Below, piece by piece: positions 51,584-64,000 of a DNA stretch of 64,000 bases. Under the pieces are notes generated by a model. It had not been told where the DNA came from. It was given only the letters and a program-made list of their open reading frames with translations, and ran no database searches. The DNA comes from Protoeuglena noctilucae. Lineage: Eukaryota. The position numbers and the translations under genes were made by a program. The stretch spans positions 310,001-374,000 of the forward strand of contig OY253683.1 in the NCBI GenBank assembly GCA_958009085.1, in the 5' to 3' direction. Each line of letters starts with the position of its first letter. Position 1 is the first letter of the stretch.

Positions 51584-52400
51584 ATGCCGCGATTGGCAGA
51601 ACCCGGCGCACAGGTAACCTCGCGATGTGGCGCCCTCCCTCGTGCGCAGTCCTTCTCATGCCTCTCCAGCATCGCCGAAGGACGCTTGGGTGACAGCACG
51701 CGCGTCCTCCAGAAGTCGTCGCGCCCCCGGTTGCGCGGGCCGATCGCGTCGTGCAACAGCCTGACGGCCCTTCCACCAATGATGGCGATGCGCACGCGGC
51801 TGATGCACGAATCAGGTCCATCGGGGGTCCCGGTCACGGTAATCGATCCCGAGGAGCTAGCCACGGACTTTTCGCGGACGCTGTCGGCTGCTCTTCCGAG
51901 GTGTGTACCACTGCCTCGCACCCTGCGCTGCACCCGGTCAGGCCGGGTGCAACGAAGGCACGCCACCGCCCACGCAGACATTCCGCGGAGCTCCCTGTGC
52001 CCGGCGAGACTGCGTCAGGGTCGTTCGCCGCCCCGCCCCGCACCTCTCATTCACCGACGATGGGGCGTGGCGCCCTGCCAGGTCGACCGCCCTTCCCGCG
52101 CCCTTTGCGCCGGGTATCCCACAGCCCCGCCTCTTCGGGGCGGGCATCCGCAGATGGGACGCGGTATTTTGGGCCCGATACAAGCTTGATGGCGCCCACA
52201 GCCCCCGACTGAGGGCGGTGCAGGCGGCTCGCGCAGGCGTACAGTGGCGGGGCGAGCGCAACGCTTGGTGGCATGAGAGTCAAAGAGGGACTGCCGATAT
52301 AGCTGTAGAGCTCATGTCTGTCGTTTCAGGCCTTTTCTTCCGTTTGCACCTGGTAGGTGGCTGGCGCAGCGTGCCATGTGCCAGCGTTGCCACTAGTTGA
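51584..52400 (+). CDS. Possible small hypothetical protein, two exons
   Basis: ORF MPRLAEPGAQ...SRTLSAALPR with a GT donor near 51901 and a downstream ORF 51903-52400. A TTTATAA lies just upstream. Confidence 0.3.
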
Positions 52401-52478
52401 CAGCCCAGCGGCGCGGATTTGACCGCAGCACCCTGGTGCGCATTCAAGGCGCGAGGCACGCAAACCGCAGCTGAGAGC

Positions 52479-55400
52479 TCAGGTCCGACTCCGCTTCCCA
52501 GGCCGGTCCCGGTCCCCAGGGCTGCGGCGATCGAGACCCCGCGAATCGCTCCGCTCCCTCTCCCTATCCCTCTCCCTGTCCCTACTCCTCTCCCTCTCCC
52601 TCTCCTTGTCCCTCTCTCTCTCCCTACTCCTCTCCCTGTCCCGTCTCGAGTCGCCACGATGATCGCGCTCCTCCCGCCTCGTGTCACCCCTCGAGTCCCC
52701 ACTCCGACGGTGTCGCTCACGCTCTCGATCCCGCTCGCGTTCCCCATCTCGCTCACGCTCTCGGTGCCTCTCTCGCTCCCGCTCGCAATCCCTGTCTCGC
52801 TCACGCTCACGCTCGCGATCCCTGTCCCTCCCCGCTCTGTCCCTCTCCCTCTCCCCACTGGTGCGCCTTTCCCTCTCCCTCTCCCTCTCTCTTGCGCCCC
52901 CCGCCCGGTCATCCCTATCCTCCCGATCCCTGGTCGGGGCCGACACCGACGCCGAGCCTTCCTTCACGCTCGCCGCCCCCTGCCCCGCGGTCTCGCCACG
53001 AACGCTTGCCCTCGAGGCCTCTGCGCCACCGTCACGCGGGCTCTGTGCATCCCCCGTACCCGTGACCTGCCTGTCCCACCGACGAAGCCGCCCCCGCCCA
53101 CCGTCGACGGGCTGTGGCGTCGCCTCTGCAGCGCGCGCGGCGCCGTCAGGTACCGCGGGCGCGGCAGGGGTCGCGGGCACCACAACTGGGGCTGAGGTTG
53201 CCGATACAGGCAACCCCGCTGAGGCCGGGGCTGTGGCGGGCGCCGGGGGGGCCTCGGGCGCAGTCGGCTTAGGTTCCTCGCTCCCCGCGGCTGCAGTCCC
53301 CGCACCGTTCCCCTCTTCCTCGTCTGACGAGAGCCCGAGGCGGTACACGCCACCTCCTAGCTGCGGCTGACTGGGCTTGACTGGCAGCACCTGGGAAGGC
53401 CTCAGCTTGACCAGCGCCCCGCCCACGCGCACCGTGTACACGAAGGCGCTGGGAGGGGTCCCCTGGCCGCCCCACGCGCCCGGGCTCCTGCGGGCGTGGC
53501 GATGGCTGCGAGCGTGCGCTCTGCCAGAAACTGCCAGAACACGCTGGCTCGTCCCGACCCCAGGCACCGGACCCGTCCGTGCGGCCGGCTCACCTGTCGA
53601 CGTCCACGACAACGCCAGGCCGCTTCTCATCCCCCGCTTCCTCTACCACCCATACCTTCTGCCCCCGGGCAATCGGCTGCGGATCGTACTTACGGCCCCG
53701 GGTGTCCCCCGGAGAGCTCTGGGGCGCGTGCCGAAGCTCGTGCATCAAGTCCCGGTCCACGGAGCCGGGGTCGGGCGGGGCTTCGCCGCCCGAAAGGAGT
53801 CGCAGGAGGCTCCCGACCTCGCCCTGTGGGGGAACCAGTCACAAGCACCCGGGTCAGCGCCTGCATCAGCACACGCACCCGCATCGGCGCCCCTGCACCT
53901 CCCACGCCGCGCCGCGTCGCCCGGCAGCGGCTCTCCAGGCGCCAGCACCGTCACTAAGCCTCACGAGCGAGCCGGCGCCAGCGTGGTCGTCCGGAGGTGG
54001 GGTCATCACGCGGACGTCCTCTCCGCCGAAATGGATGCGGCGGCCCGACTTGACCGGGAACGCCGCGTTCGAAGAACCCTCCCCGAGGTCGTCGTCGCTC
54101 TCGGCCTTGTCTCCTGACTCAGCGCCGCCTTCCTCCTCGTCAGAACCGTACGTCACCAGGCCGCCCAGCCCGCGGCCAACCCCCGTCGGCCGAAGCGCGG
54201 CCGGCGTGGACGCAACCGCAGCCGCCGGAGTGGCCGGCGGCTGCTGCTGCGCGGGGCCTTGTGGAGCGGTGGCCGACTTGAGCACCGGCTTGGGCGCCGC
54301 GCCGCCCTTGTGAGGCGCCGCCTCGTGGTGGGCCTCGCGAGCTGCCTCGAGGATCAAAGCGTCCGTGACGGCCAGCAAGATGTCCGTGACGACCGTCTGC
54401 GAGGCAGAGGACAGGCGACGAGGCAGGTCACAGGACAGGCGATGGGAAAGGCAGAGCACCCTTTCAGTCCACCCAAACCACATCGACGTCGCCAGTCCTG
54501 CGCATAGGCCATCGCCACCGATGTCAACCCCACTCCCACGACTCCCCCACCGCAGCGCTCGCCTTGGTCACGTCAGCCACCACCGCGCGCCGCTCGGCGT
54601 CCGTGAGCGCCGCCCCGTCCCCCTCGCCCTCGTCGTCGCTCCACAAGTGGCCCCGCTTGCCCCGCCCCTCCCCCGCCGCGCTCGACTTCCCCTCCTCGGC
54701 CGCCTGCTTACGCCTCTCGATCTCTTCCCGCAGCCACCCCGGCACCCGTGCCAGCTTGTCCTCCGCAGGCGGGGGGGCGGGCGGAGGCACGGCGCCGGGC
54801 GGAGCGGCCACGGCCCAGGCGTCCGCGGGAGGCGCCGGCGCCCAGCCCTCCGGGACCGGAGGAGGCGCCGGCGGGGGCACCGGCGGGGGCTGCTGCGGCC
54901 ATTGCTGCGCCTGGTGCGTGGGATACCAAGACCCGTAGGCGGCGTACTGTCCGTGCGCGTACGCGGCACTTGGATCCGACGGGGCGTACTCCGGCGCGGG
55001 CGCGCCTGCGTAGCTGCCGGGATAGGCCGTCTGGGCAGGCGGGTACTGCGTGTGCGCAGGGTACGCAGGCGCGGCCGTCGTGTACTGCGCGGGCTGTGCG
55101 GCGTTGGCCTCCGGGGGATACCCCTGCCACGTCTGCTGCTGCTGCGGCGGTTTCGGCTCGGAGGGCATCTGCAGAGGAGACGGGGCTGGTACACGTGGAT
55201 CGCCACCGCCGGGACGCAGCCAAAAGCAGCGCGCTTCCACCCGATGGCTCACCCACGGCGGCCGGTAGGCTTGTTGCACAGGTTGTTGCTGCTGCGCGTA
55301 ATAGTCGTACGACGGGGCAGCTGCTTGAGCGTATGGGTGCTGGGCCTGCGCCGTCGCTCCTGCGGGAAAGCAGGGATGGAGCACCCGTCGATTGCAGTGA

Positions 55401-55657
55401 CAAACCAGCTGCACGGTGATGGCAGAACTGGAACCTGTCGCCCTCTGGCCCCCGTTTGGGGAAGGCATCGCAGAGCTCGCTCGTTGGCATCCCGAGCGTC
55501 CCGAGCAGAGGCGCCAGCCGCGATTCTCACCCCGAGTCCAGTCCCCTGGATACGCTTGATACGCATAGTTGCCGTAGCTCGCGTCATACGGCCCGGGCTG
55601 CGGCGCAGACGCCTGGCCCGGGACCGGGGGCGGGGCCCCCGGGGTCTGGCCGTTCAT
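52479..55657 (-). CDS. PNISR/SFRS18-like Arg/Ser-rich splicing-associated protein
   Basis: Pro/Gln/Tyr-rich N-terminus; VPGWLREEIER, TKTVVTDILLAVTD..I.EAAREA and GLGGLVTYGSDEEE match the remembered PNISR pattern; long RE/RD/RS C-terminal tail. Confidence 0.75.
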
Positions 55658-56501
55658 CCTTGGCACGGCATGCCCAGTCCCACGGGTGACGAAGACCCCA
55701 CGCACCGAGAGGGGGCAGTGGGGGCTACCAGGCGCGAGGGGAATCGCAAGGATGATCCGGGCCCCCTAAACCACTAAAACTCCTGCGCAGACCGGGTAAT
55801 GTGAACTGAAAGTGTGCGCGGGAGCCGTGGATTCCGAGCGATCGCAACCCTGGGGTCGGCGTCGGGCACACAAAACGTCAGATCGCACGCAAACTCTAAA
55901 TGTGTCACCTCTTTAGCAAAACACTTGCTTCAATTTTGCTGCGAACGCGCGGGCGGGCGACGTGGACGACCGGCTGCGCGGGAGGGGCGGCGTTCTGGGC
56001 GAGAGGCGGAGTAACTCATCCGGTGCGTGGCGCGCCTTGTCATATGTGCGCGACGATGACGCTGGCGTGGCCAAACAATTGCCGAGGGAGCCTGCCGTCA
56101 GCATTTAGACCGTCAGCATTTGGAAGCATGCATGCCTGGATTTTTGGCGGCGAGGAGCTCCCGAACGGTTCCCCGCCACCCACTCGCTACCAGCTCCTGT
56201 CGTTTGTAGCCTACGATGCACCGGGGACCACCAGGAGCCTAGCGTCGACGCTGGAAGGACTGCCTCGACGGTCTCCAAGGCTCTGGCCGGGAAGGGGAGC
56301 TCGAGGGCGGCGCCATGCGGTCGGCGTCGCGCCTCGGGGAGGGACCGGGAATCCTCGACCGCCGCACGAGTCAGAGCGCAACCACCCCTCGCCAAATGAC
56401 CACACTTGCGCCTCTCCGGAACCCATCTGCGCTTGTCCCCGAGAACGAGCCCTACGAAACGGACAGGTTAGATTAGCAAGGAGAAGCATTCTGCAGGGAC
56501 T

Positions 56502-59181
56502 TTGACTCGATGCATCGTCCTGCGCGAGGCTGTCTGGCCCCTCCGCACCCGACGCAGGCGTGACACGGAGGGCTCGCCATCGTCTGCGAACAACAAGGAA
56601 GCCAGGAGGGCCACGCTGACACTCTTCTCACGCATCACACAGATCCTCCAGCCGAGAGGTGTCCTGCAGAGCCGCCGAATCACATTCGCTCCCTTTGCTA
56701 TGCGTCGCTGCTCTGCAGACCGGGAGCTCCCCTACCCTCGTCACTGCACTGCAGTGTTCACGGACCGGAAGTTGCCAGAGACGACGTGGCCCGGCGATGA
56801 TGGCCAGGTCCAACCAGATCCAGACCCAGACGCGAGCACGATGCGGCGCGTTGAGGGGATCTCGGACTTGGGGCTGCTCACGACCGGCCAGGACGACGCG
56901 CGCGGGAGCGAAACTGCGCGGCGGACGTCCAATCGCGACGCCCGCGACTGGACGGACTGGATGCAGATGCTTGCCGAGGGACTGTGGCTGCCTTCCTACT
57001 CCGCCATCGTCCTGGGCACCTTCCTCGTCGCCTTCATCGGATACCGTGAGAAGGGTTGGCGCCTTGGCTGGTGCTAGTGTGACACCCTGGCTGAACAGCC
57101 TTGCTCTTGCCCTACTGTTGCTCTCCTGACACGTTCGGTCGTCAACCTCCCGCAGTCGGCATGTCCCGTGGCCTGCAAGTCTGCGTCGATTCCCCCGACA
57201 GCTCCCGTGGACCCTGCATCCTCTCCCTCACGAGCGCCTCCGGTCTCGTGGCCACGCTGGCCACCACCGTGGCGTGCCTCCTGATCCCCCGCACGTCGCG
57301 CATGGCCCTCCGGGTGTCCAACGCGGCCGTGGCCGTCGCGTGGTGGTGCATCCTGGGTTTCCTGCTCGGAGGATACTGGGCGCTCTGGACCAGCATGGGC
57401 CCCACGAGCCCAGACGGGACGCCGGCGCTCCAGCACCTGCGCATGCTTCCCGGCAAGCCCTCCAGGCACATCGAGAGGGCGTTCGCGATGGCGGTGAGCG
57501 TGCACGTGACCGTCCTCATCACGTCGCCGCCCCGGCGACCCCACTGGGAACCCTCGTGGCCGCGACAACGGCCCAGCTGGCCCAGTCCCTCGTCGCTATC
57601 GGCTCGGACCTGCACTACGTGGCGGGCCAGCCCGGACAGGGCTCGCGCGCCCTCTACGCCGGCCTCGTCGTCGTGGTCGTGGCGCTCTACGCCCTCCTCG
57701 CGCCTTTCCTGACCATCATCGTCCGCCCGCGGTGGCTCAACGGGTCTGGCGTCGAGCCCTCCTGCGCCGTCCTGGTCGCGAGAGTCTTCTCCGCCACAGC
57801 GCGTTTCGTGCTCCGCACCCCACAAGTCTCCGCCGTGGCCGTGTCCAAGTGGCTCGCCAACTCCATCCTTGCCGCGTCCGTCCTCGCCCTCGTCGCGGCC
57901 TCCCTGGCCGGCTTCCCCGTGCCGCCCGGCGCCGCACTCGCCGCCCTCCTCGCCTGGGTCCTCATGGTGCGCGTCACGGGCAGGCTGCAGGTGGGCATGG
58001 CCGCCACGGCGCTGGACGAGGCGCTGACGCGCGACGTGGCCAACACAGTGATGGGCCGCGCCCTCCGCCCCGATGCCGCCAACCCTCGGAGCGTGGCGTC
58101 GCCCCTCGGCAACTCGCTGCCGCAACAGCCAGAAGGCGCCAGCCCCCTCCACTCGGCCCACCCCGCCGTCCACCCGGCGCCCGCCAGCACTGTCGGCAGT
58201 GCCGCGCTGGGCTCGTGGCACGCGGCCGTCGGAGAGAGTGAGTCGCTTTTGACAACTGTCTGGGGCAAATCAAGAGGCACTCTATTTGAGCATCACTTGC
58301 TCCTGAACAGAACCGCAACAGAGTGTTTCCGCGTCCCGTCCCCGCAGCCTGGCAGCAGGCGGTGGCGTCGTACGTCCCGCCGTTGCCCTACCTGCGCGAG
58401 TGCAAGGCCGTGACGGTGGTCTTCACCGACATCGTTGGCTACACGCACCTGTCCTCGACCCTGCGGCCCTCGGTCGTGCTGCAGATGCTCCACCAGTACT
58501 TTAGCAAGCTCGACGCGCTGATGGACATCACGGGCACCTACAAGTACCAGGCGAGCGCTGCGGACGCGCCTACCTGCCCTGCATGGCACTGACCCACGCG
58601 CTGCTGTCTCGTAGATGGCCCTTGACTGGCAGTGGGTCCTGTGGACGCCGCAGACCGTGGGCGACGCGTACGTGGTCATCGCGGGCTTCCCGGATGAGGA
58701 CAAGGGCCACGCAATGCGCGCGCTCCGCACGGCCTTCGCGATGATCAAGGTGGCCGAGTCGGTGACGGTCCCAGCCGAGGAGATGCCCGTACAGGCACTG
58801 CGGGTCATGGGCCGCACGATGAAGCGACGGGCGCTGGATATCAACGAGAAGGGCGCCGCAGCGCACATTCGGGGCGCGTTGGAGGCCACGGAGACGGAGG
58901 CGTGCCTGCAGATCCGCGTGGGCATCCACACGGGTCCCCTCGCGGCCTCCACGCTGGGCTTCAAGCGGTCGTGCCTGACGCTGGTGGGCGACACGCTCAA
59001 CACGGCCAGCCGGATGGAGAGCTCCTCGCGGCCGGGGCACGTGCGGATGAGCGCGGCGACCTACAGCCACCTCCCCGCAGACGTCCAGCGCGTCTTCGCG
59101 GCCGAGACGCTCGACGTCAAGGGCAAGGGACCCATGCAGACGTACATCGCCTCGCATGCCGATCTTCAAGCCACCACATGA
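56502..59181 (+). CDS. Multi-pass membrane class III nucleotide (adenylyl/guanylyl-type) cyclase; start unresolved
   Basis: VTVVFTDIVGYT, YKYQTVGDAYVVIAG, IRVGIHTGP, LVGDTLNTASRMES, VKGKGPMQTY; several hydrophobic helices at about 56980-57980. Confidence 0.9.
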
Positions 59182-59811
59182 CATGACCACGATGACCCCC
59201 ACTTGTTGCGACGAGCCACGCGGTTTGCCAGCCAGTTCCTACCGCTTTTCGGTGTCGGGAGCGTCCCTCACGCAGCTCCCTCACTCCCAATGGACGGCAA
59301 AGCTATCCTGCCGCCTCTGCTTTGCGCACCCGCCCCTCCATCCGCTCTGGTCCTCGTCCCAAGAGTACCTCTGTTCAGATCACGGACGATGGGGTTTGGT
59401 GCGCAGCACCTTCCTTGATGCGTGTGACACTCTGATGCGGCGGCGCACCGCGCCATCTCCCCTTCCTAGTTGGCTCTGGCAGTAGCGCCTTCCCTAGTCG
59501 TTTGGGGCCATCCCCAAACCCTGCAAACCCTTCCTAGTCGAGTAGCGCGCGATGCGGCTGCAGCTCTCGATACACCATTGAAAGGGACCTTAGAGGGCGC
59601 GACTGTCAACGCAAGCCACGGCTGTCAGCCAAGCCGGGAGTGACCGTCAGGGGCGCCGAATGGGACGCTGCCTTTCGTCTCTCCTGCAAGCAAAATGGCG
59701 GTACGGAAATCACGGTGGTTATAGCAGATTTCGCCGGGTGGCGACCTCGGACGCTGCAGCAAGGGCATCAGGACAGCAGGATAGCCATGGGCCATGGGGC
59801 AACCCCTGCGC

Positions 59812-61082
59812 TCACGGTGTGGTCCACCTGGCCACCCCTGGCTTCCCGGGAGAGGTCCCCGCGCCACAGACAGCACGGCGCAGCTCTGTCACCTTGTGCA
59901 CGCGGGCCCTACGCCGCAGCACGCCGTGCAGCCTCCGCCAATCGATGTGCACGATGGCGCGGCCGTCCAGAGAAGGGATGGGGACCTTGAGGTTTTGCGG
60001 GAGCTGCAACGTCCACCCGGTCAGCTCCGGGACTTGGTACGCTCCGGACACTCCCGCCGCCTCTGGCGCGGCTGGCTGTCTCGCAAAAACCCTCACCGGG
60101 GCCGCCCCTGCCGGCATGGCAGCAGACGCCTGGGGTGCAGGAAGGGCGTATCGGCGTCTCTCGCGTGACGTGCGGAGCTTGCAGTGTCAGAAATCGGAAT
60201 CGGCCACGGTATCGCGCCCTCGCCCGCGCGCCCTCACCCCGGCCTGGGCTGAGCCCATGCCATGGTCGTCCGCCATTGGGGCAGTGAACGACGCCTCGAT
60301 CGCCAGCAGCACGAAATAGGTGCTGACGTTGACCTTCAAGGACCTTGGCTCATCAGCAGAGTCATACTGGCTCGGAAGCCGGCTGATGGCCCAGGAAATG
60401 CCCCGCGCTCTGCGGCCTGCCTGGGCACCACGTGTGTCGCGGCGCCCTGGCCTCGGTACGGCGCAGCGCTATGGCACAGGTGTGGGTATACTCGTCAAGT
60501 AGCGCTCTCGCGCCTCCGCTCGAGATAAAGAGCGACCGCGGTGGCGAGCAGCAGGAAAAGGAGTGCCCCCAGTGCGACGGTGATCCACGCGGAGTCCACG
60601 GGCAGGATTGAGGGGTAGCGTGCTCGACTTACTGCCTCCGGGTCGTCGCTGTCGTAGGGCTCGCCTTTCAGGAGCGCCTGCGAGCTCGCAGAAGACGCGC
60701 AGAGGCTCCCGTGACATCCATATCCAGGGCAGGTCGCATCTGTCAGCAAAAGCCACCAACGCCCAGGTTTTATTGCTTCATCGCTGTGCACGCGCGCCTG
60801 ATTGGCCCTGCGCCTCCTCACACCCATCCAGGCACGAGCGCCTTGCGTGAGCTTACAGCCGCTACTCCCAGAGCGAGACGGGCCGCAGCCTACGCGACGC
60901 GCAACCTGAAGTGACGCTGGAGCAGTGCAGGGCGCTGTTTTGCTTTCTGCCCGATGTGAAACTTCTGACGAGCAACTCGACAGACGGTTCTTGGCCCCGC
61001 GCTGCAATTGAGGGGCCCCGGTTCCTCGAGAATTCGCGTATCTATCACCAGCCACATTTCCTTGGCCATCCAGCGACGCCAT
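59812..61082 (-). CDS. Hypothetical, possibly membrane protein; exon structure unresolved
   Basis: TM-like AWITVALGALLFLLLATAVALYL, plus coding-like segments LKVNVSTYFVLLAIEASFTAP and YQVPELTGWTLQLPQNLKVPIPSLDGRAIVHIDW, some with flanking splice signals. Confidence 0.3.
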
Positions 61083-61346
61083 GGTAACGGGGCTCGCCCG
61101 TGCTCCCACCGTGGGGGTGCGCGCGACACAGGCGCGCCGCGATGGGGGTATGGCGTCCCGGTTCACGCTCTCGCAGCAGCGGACACATCAGCGATGCGGG
61201 CTGTTTGTGGAACCGGCGTCCCAGCGCGTCGAAGGGGCCGTGTCTCAGGTCCGTGACTGCATCCACCCCTCCCGCAGCGGCCGACACCGCTCAGGGCGAA
61301 CACGCCACCTGATCATTTTGATCCAAAGCAGTTATGGATCTCGGAC

Positions 61347-62934
61347 ATGTCGGAGTCTCGGTTGATGCCTCCACGGCCGGCGTTCCGCCTCCCAAGTGGT
61401 GCAGCGCAGGGGCCTGCATTTCTCGCGTCGTCTCGACTGCTGGGCTGCCTTCCATACCTCACCGCGCACTGTTTACTTTGCTGCGGTGCATCTCTTTCGC
61501 CCTCCATGCCGTATTTCTCACGGCGAACGCAGGTGCCGGCCAGGGCTCGCGGCCAGCGGGCAGTGAGCATTTGCCGAGCGGTCCCCGAGCTCAAGGCTCT
61601 CATATTCGACTGCGACGGCGTGATCCTCGAGTCGGAGGACCTGCACCGGGTCGCGTACAATGACGCCTTCAAGGTGCGCAGCTCGCATGAGGGCTGCGTC
61701 GTCGCTCGGTCCGTCCTCGATGCTGATCCCCGCGCGCCCCCCGATCCGCAGAAGTTCGACGTGCGGTGCGGCGGGAAGCTCGTGGAGTGGTCCGTGGAGT
61801 TCTACGACGTGCTGCAGAACACGGTCGGGGGCGGCAAGCCCAAGATGCGATGGTACTTCAGCCAGCGGGAGGGTGCCCAGTGGCCCACCTCCAGCATCCT
61901 CGGGGGCCGGGCTCCCGCCTCGGAAGAGGAGCAGGCGCGGCTGATCGACGAGCTGCAGGACTGGAAGAGCGAGAGGTACCAGCAGATGATCACGTCAGGG
62001 GAGGTGCCGCCCAGGCCAGGTGACTCATCAGGGCAGGGTGCACTGCAGTTGACACTCCTACTAAGCCGTGTCCCCGATGCCAGGCGATGAGTCCAGCAGG
62101 CTGGCCTGACGGAGCTACGTAGGCTTGTCTGTCCCCGCTATGCCCGGTGCTAACGGTTGTGCGCTTGGTCCATCCCGATGCGAGAGTCTCACTGGCCCGT
62201 GCGTGCGTGCGTGTTCCCAGGGGTTCTTCGGCTGATGGACGAGGCCCGTGCGGCAGGGCTCAAGGTCGCAGTGTGCTCTGCAGCCACCAAGAGCTCTGTC
62301 ATTGCAACGCTCGACGCCCTGATCGGAAAGGAGCGGTTTGCGGCCCTCGATGTATTCATGGCAGGGGACGACGTCCCTCGCAAGAAGCCCGATCCTTTCA
62401 TCTACCAGGTGAGGGAGCTGCGAGGGAGTTTGCCGGACGTACCTGCGACTGTCGCACAGATGGGCCGCAAAGACGGTGTGTCCTTGGAAGGCTGAGCGCG
62501 GCCCATGCGCTTGTGGGGGTGACACGACTGCATCTGCCCTCGGATGCCCGCAGCTGGCAGCGCAGAAGCTGGGACTGGACCCCAAGTCTTGCGTGGTGGT
62601 GGAGGACTCGACCATCGGCCTCACTGCTGCGCTGGGGGCCGGGATGAGGTCCGTGCCCGCTCGCGCCAGGCAGCCCTCTCTGCTGCACAGCTGCCAATCC
62701 CTCACCCATGTCCCTCACCCACACTTATGCACCTCGCCCACGCCCCTCACCCACGTTCCTCGTCGCCCACCCAGGTGCGTGGTTTCCTACACCCCGTCCA
62801 CCGCCAAGGAGGCCTTCGAGGGCGCGGAGTGGGTCGTGGGGTCGCTGGGGGAGGACCCCGCTGTCGTGACGGTCGAGAAGCTGAGGCAGGGCGTGGTCCG
62901 GCAGGACGACCGCGTCGAGGTCATTTCCGCTTGA
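61347..62934 (+). CDS. CbbY-like HAD-superfamily hydrolase, likely chloroplastic; start approximate
   Basis: Motif I ALIFDCDGVILESEDLHRVAYNDAF, VGGGKPKMRWYF, PRPGVLRLMDEA, VAVCSAATK, AGDDVPRKKPDP, CVVVEDSTIGL. Confidence 0.92.
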
Positions 62935-63330
62935 AACCCACCCTGAGCCACGTGAACCGATTTTAGCAGTCTGACGATGGGATTTGCAGGACTTCTCTTT
63001 CTCACATGGGCCTTTCAAGGGGCTAGTGCACCTTGGCGACATGCGAACGTAAGGTCCGATGCTAGCGGCCAAAATAGCACGTAATGGGGGAGCCAAGCTC
63101 CCTGCCTTAGGAACGCAAGCGCGGCGGAGCAAATCGTAGGGTGTGGGCCGAGGCAATTCTACCTGACTACCTCTCAAGCGTGTTTGAGAACACGGAGGTT
63201 GCTGGCGACGCGGGAAGGCATCACCTAGGCTGCGGAGTGGGTGGGTTCTAGCAGGCATGCGTTCCGGAATCCGGGGGCTCGCGAAAGGAAGCCTCGCCAT
63301 CCAGGGCGCCCGGCACAGGCGCGGCGTGGC

Positions 63331-63932
63331 TCATGCCATGTGCAGCGTCTCCCAGTCGTCGACCGAGGCGATGGGCGAGGTGGCGTCGAAGGCGGAGCCC
63401 TCGCCGTCCTGGCGGGGCCGGATGACGACCTCGCCGGTGTCCGGGTGCACGTCGATGACGGCCGTGTCGCCCTTGATCAGCAGCCCGGAGAGCAGGCCGT
63501 CGGACAGGGGGTCCTCGAGAAGGGCCGTGACGGCGCGGCGGACGGGGCGGGCGCCGTACTCGGGGCTGTAGCCCTCCGCGACGAGCTTGGCGACGACGGC
63601 GGGGCTGAGCTCGAGGCGCACGCCGCGGTCGAGCATCCGGCGGCGCGTCTGGGCCACGTGCATGTCCGTGATGCGCTCGACGTTGGCCACGGACAGGTGG
63701 TGGAAGACCACGATCTCGTCGAGGCGGTTGAGGAGCTCCGGGCGGAAGTGGCCGCGGAGCTCCTCAAGCACCAGCGAGCGCACGCGCTGGTGGCGGTGCT
63801 CGTCCTCGGTCTCCTGGTCCGTCACGATGTCGAAGCCGATGGACCCGCCGCCCTTGGCGATGACCTGGGAGCCCACGTTGGACGTCATGACGATCAGGCT
63901 GTCCTTGAACGATACCTTGCGACCGTGCGAGT
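63331..63932 (-). CDS. CLPD: Chloroplast Hsp100/Clp chaperone, ClpD-like; last exon only, gene continues beyond the window
   Basis: DSHGRKVSFKDSLIVMTSNVGS, AKGGGSIGF, FRPELLNRLDEIVVF, GYSPEYGARPVRRAV. The VSFK/IAKG pattern favours ClpD over ClpC. Confidence 0.8.
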
Positions 63933-64000
63933 CTGCGGGGCGAGCGGCGGGGGGGGCGTTACACAGTGTCACCGCGCGGAGCATGGCGTTGCGTTGCGCG

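Noticed and set aside
52550..52900. CT/GA-rich tract and antisense ORF with (LP)n/(LS)n
   Set aside because: It is the coding sequence of the RE/RD/RS tail of the PNISR-like gene.
56980..57980. Rhodopsin-cyclase fusion
   Set aside because: No recognisable retinal-binding DxxxK helix or microbial rhodopsin helix C motif in the TM region.

Overview
Gene-dense, intron-rich, very GC-rich eukaryotic nuclear DNA from a green alga (Chlorophyta). It encodes PsbO, plastid-type VTE4, ClpD, a Deg protease and a rhodanese, and the PIERCE/FAP182-like gene suggests a flagellated lineage. I can assemble about 25 spliced protein-coding genes by hand. Recognisable ones are RPS16 (3' part), DCP2, an ABCA transporter, a rhodanese-like protein, PsbO, a CLC anion transporter, an NAD(P)-binding Rossmann protein, an mTERF-like protein, PDK, VTE4, a RING protein, a CBS-domain protein, a nucleotidyltransferase-like/PIERCE fusion, a Deg/HtrA protease, a PNISR-like protein, a membrane class III nucleotide cyclase, a CbbY-like HAD hydrolase and ClpD (3' part); several others are orphans. 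I found no supportable rRNA, tRNA, CRISPR array or transposon. The strongest window-wide signal is frequent use of GC-AG introns: at least 11 are needed to restore the reading frames, nearly all with AG|GCGAG. Other points of interest are two convergent genes sharing one CTAG stop tetramer, a tandem duplication that copies a splice donor, non-canonical specificity residues in the CLC and the cyclase, and a secreted Q-x-N repeat protein. All family calls come from remembered motifs, not database searches, and many start codons are uncertain.
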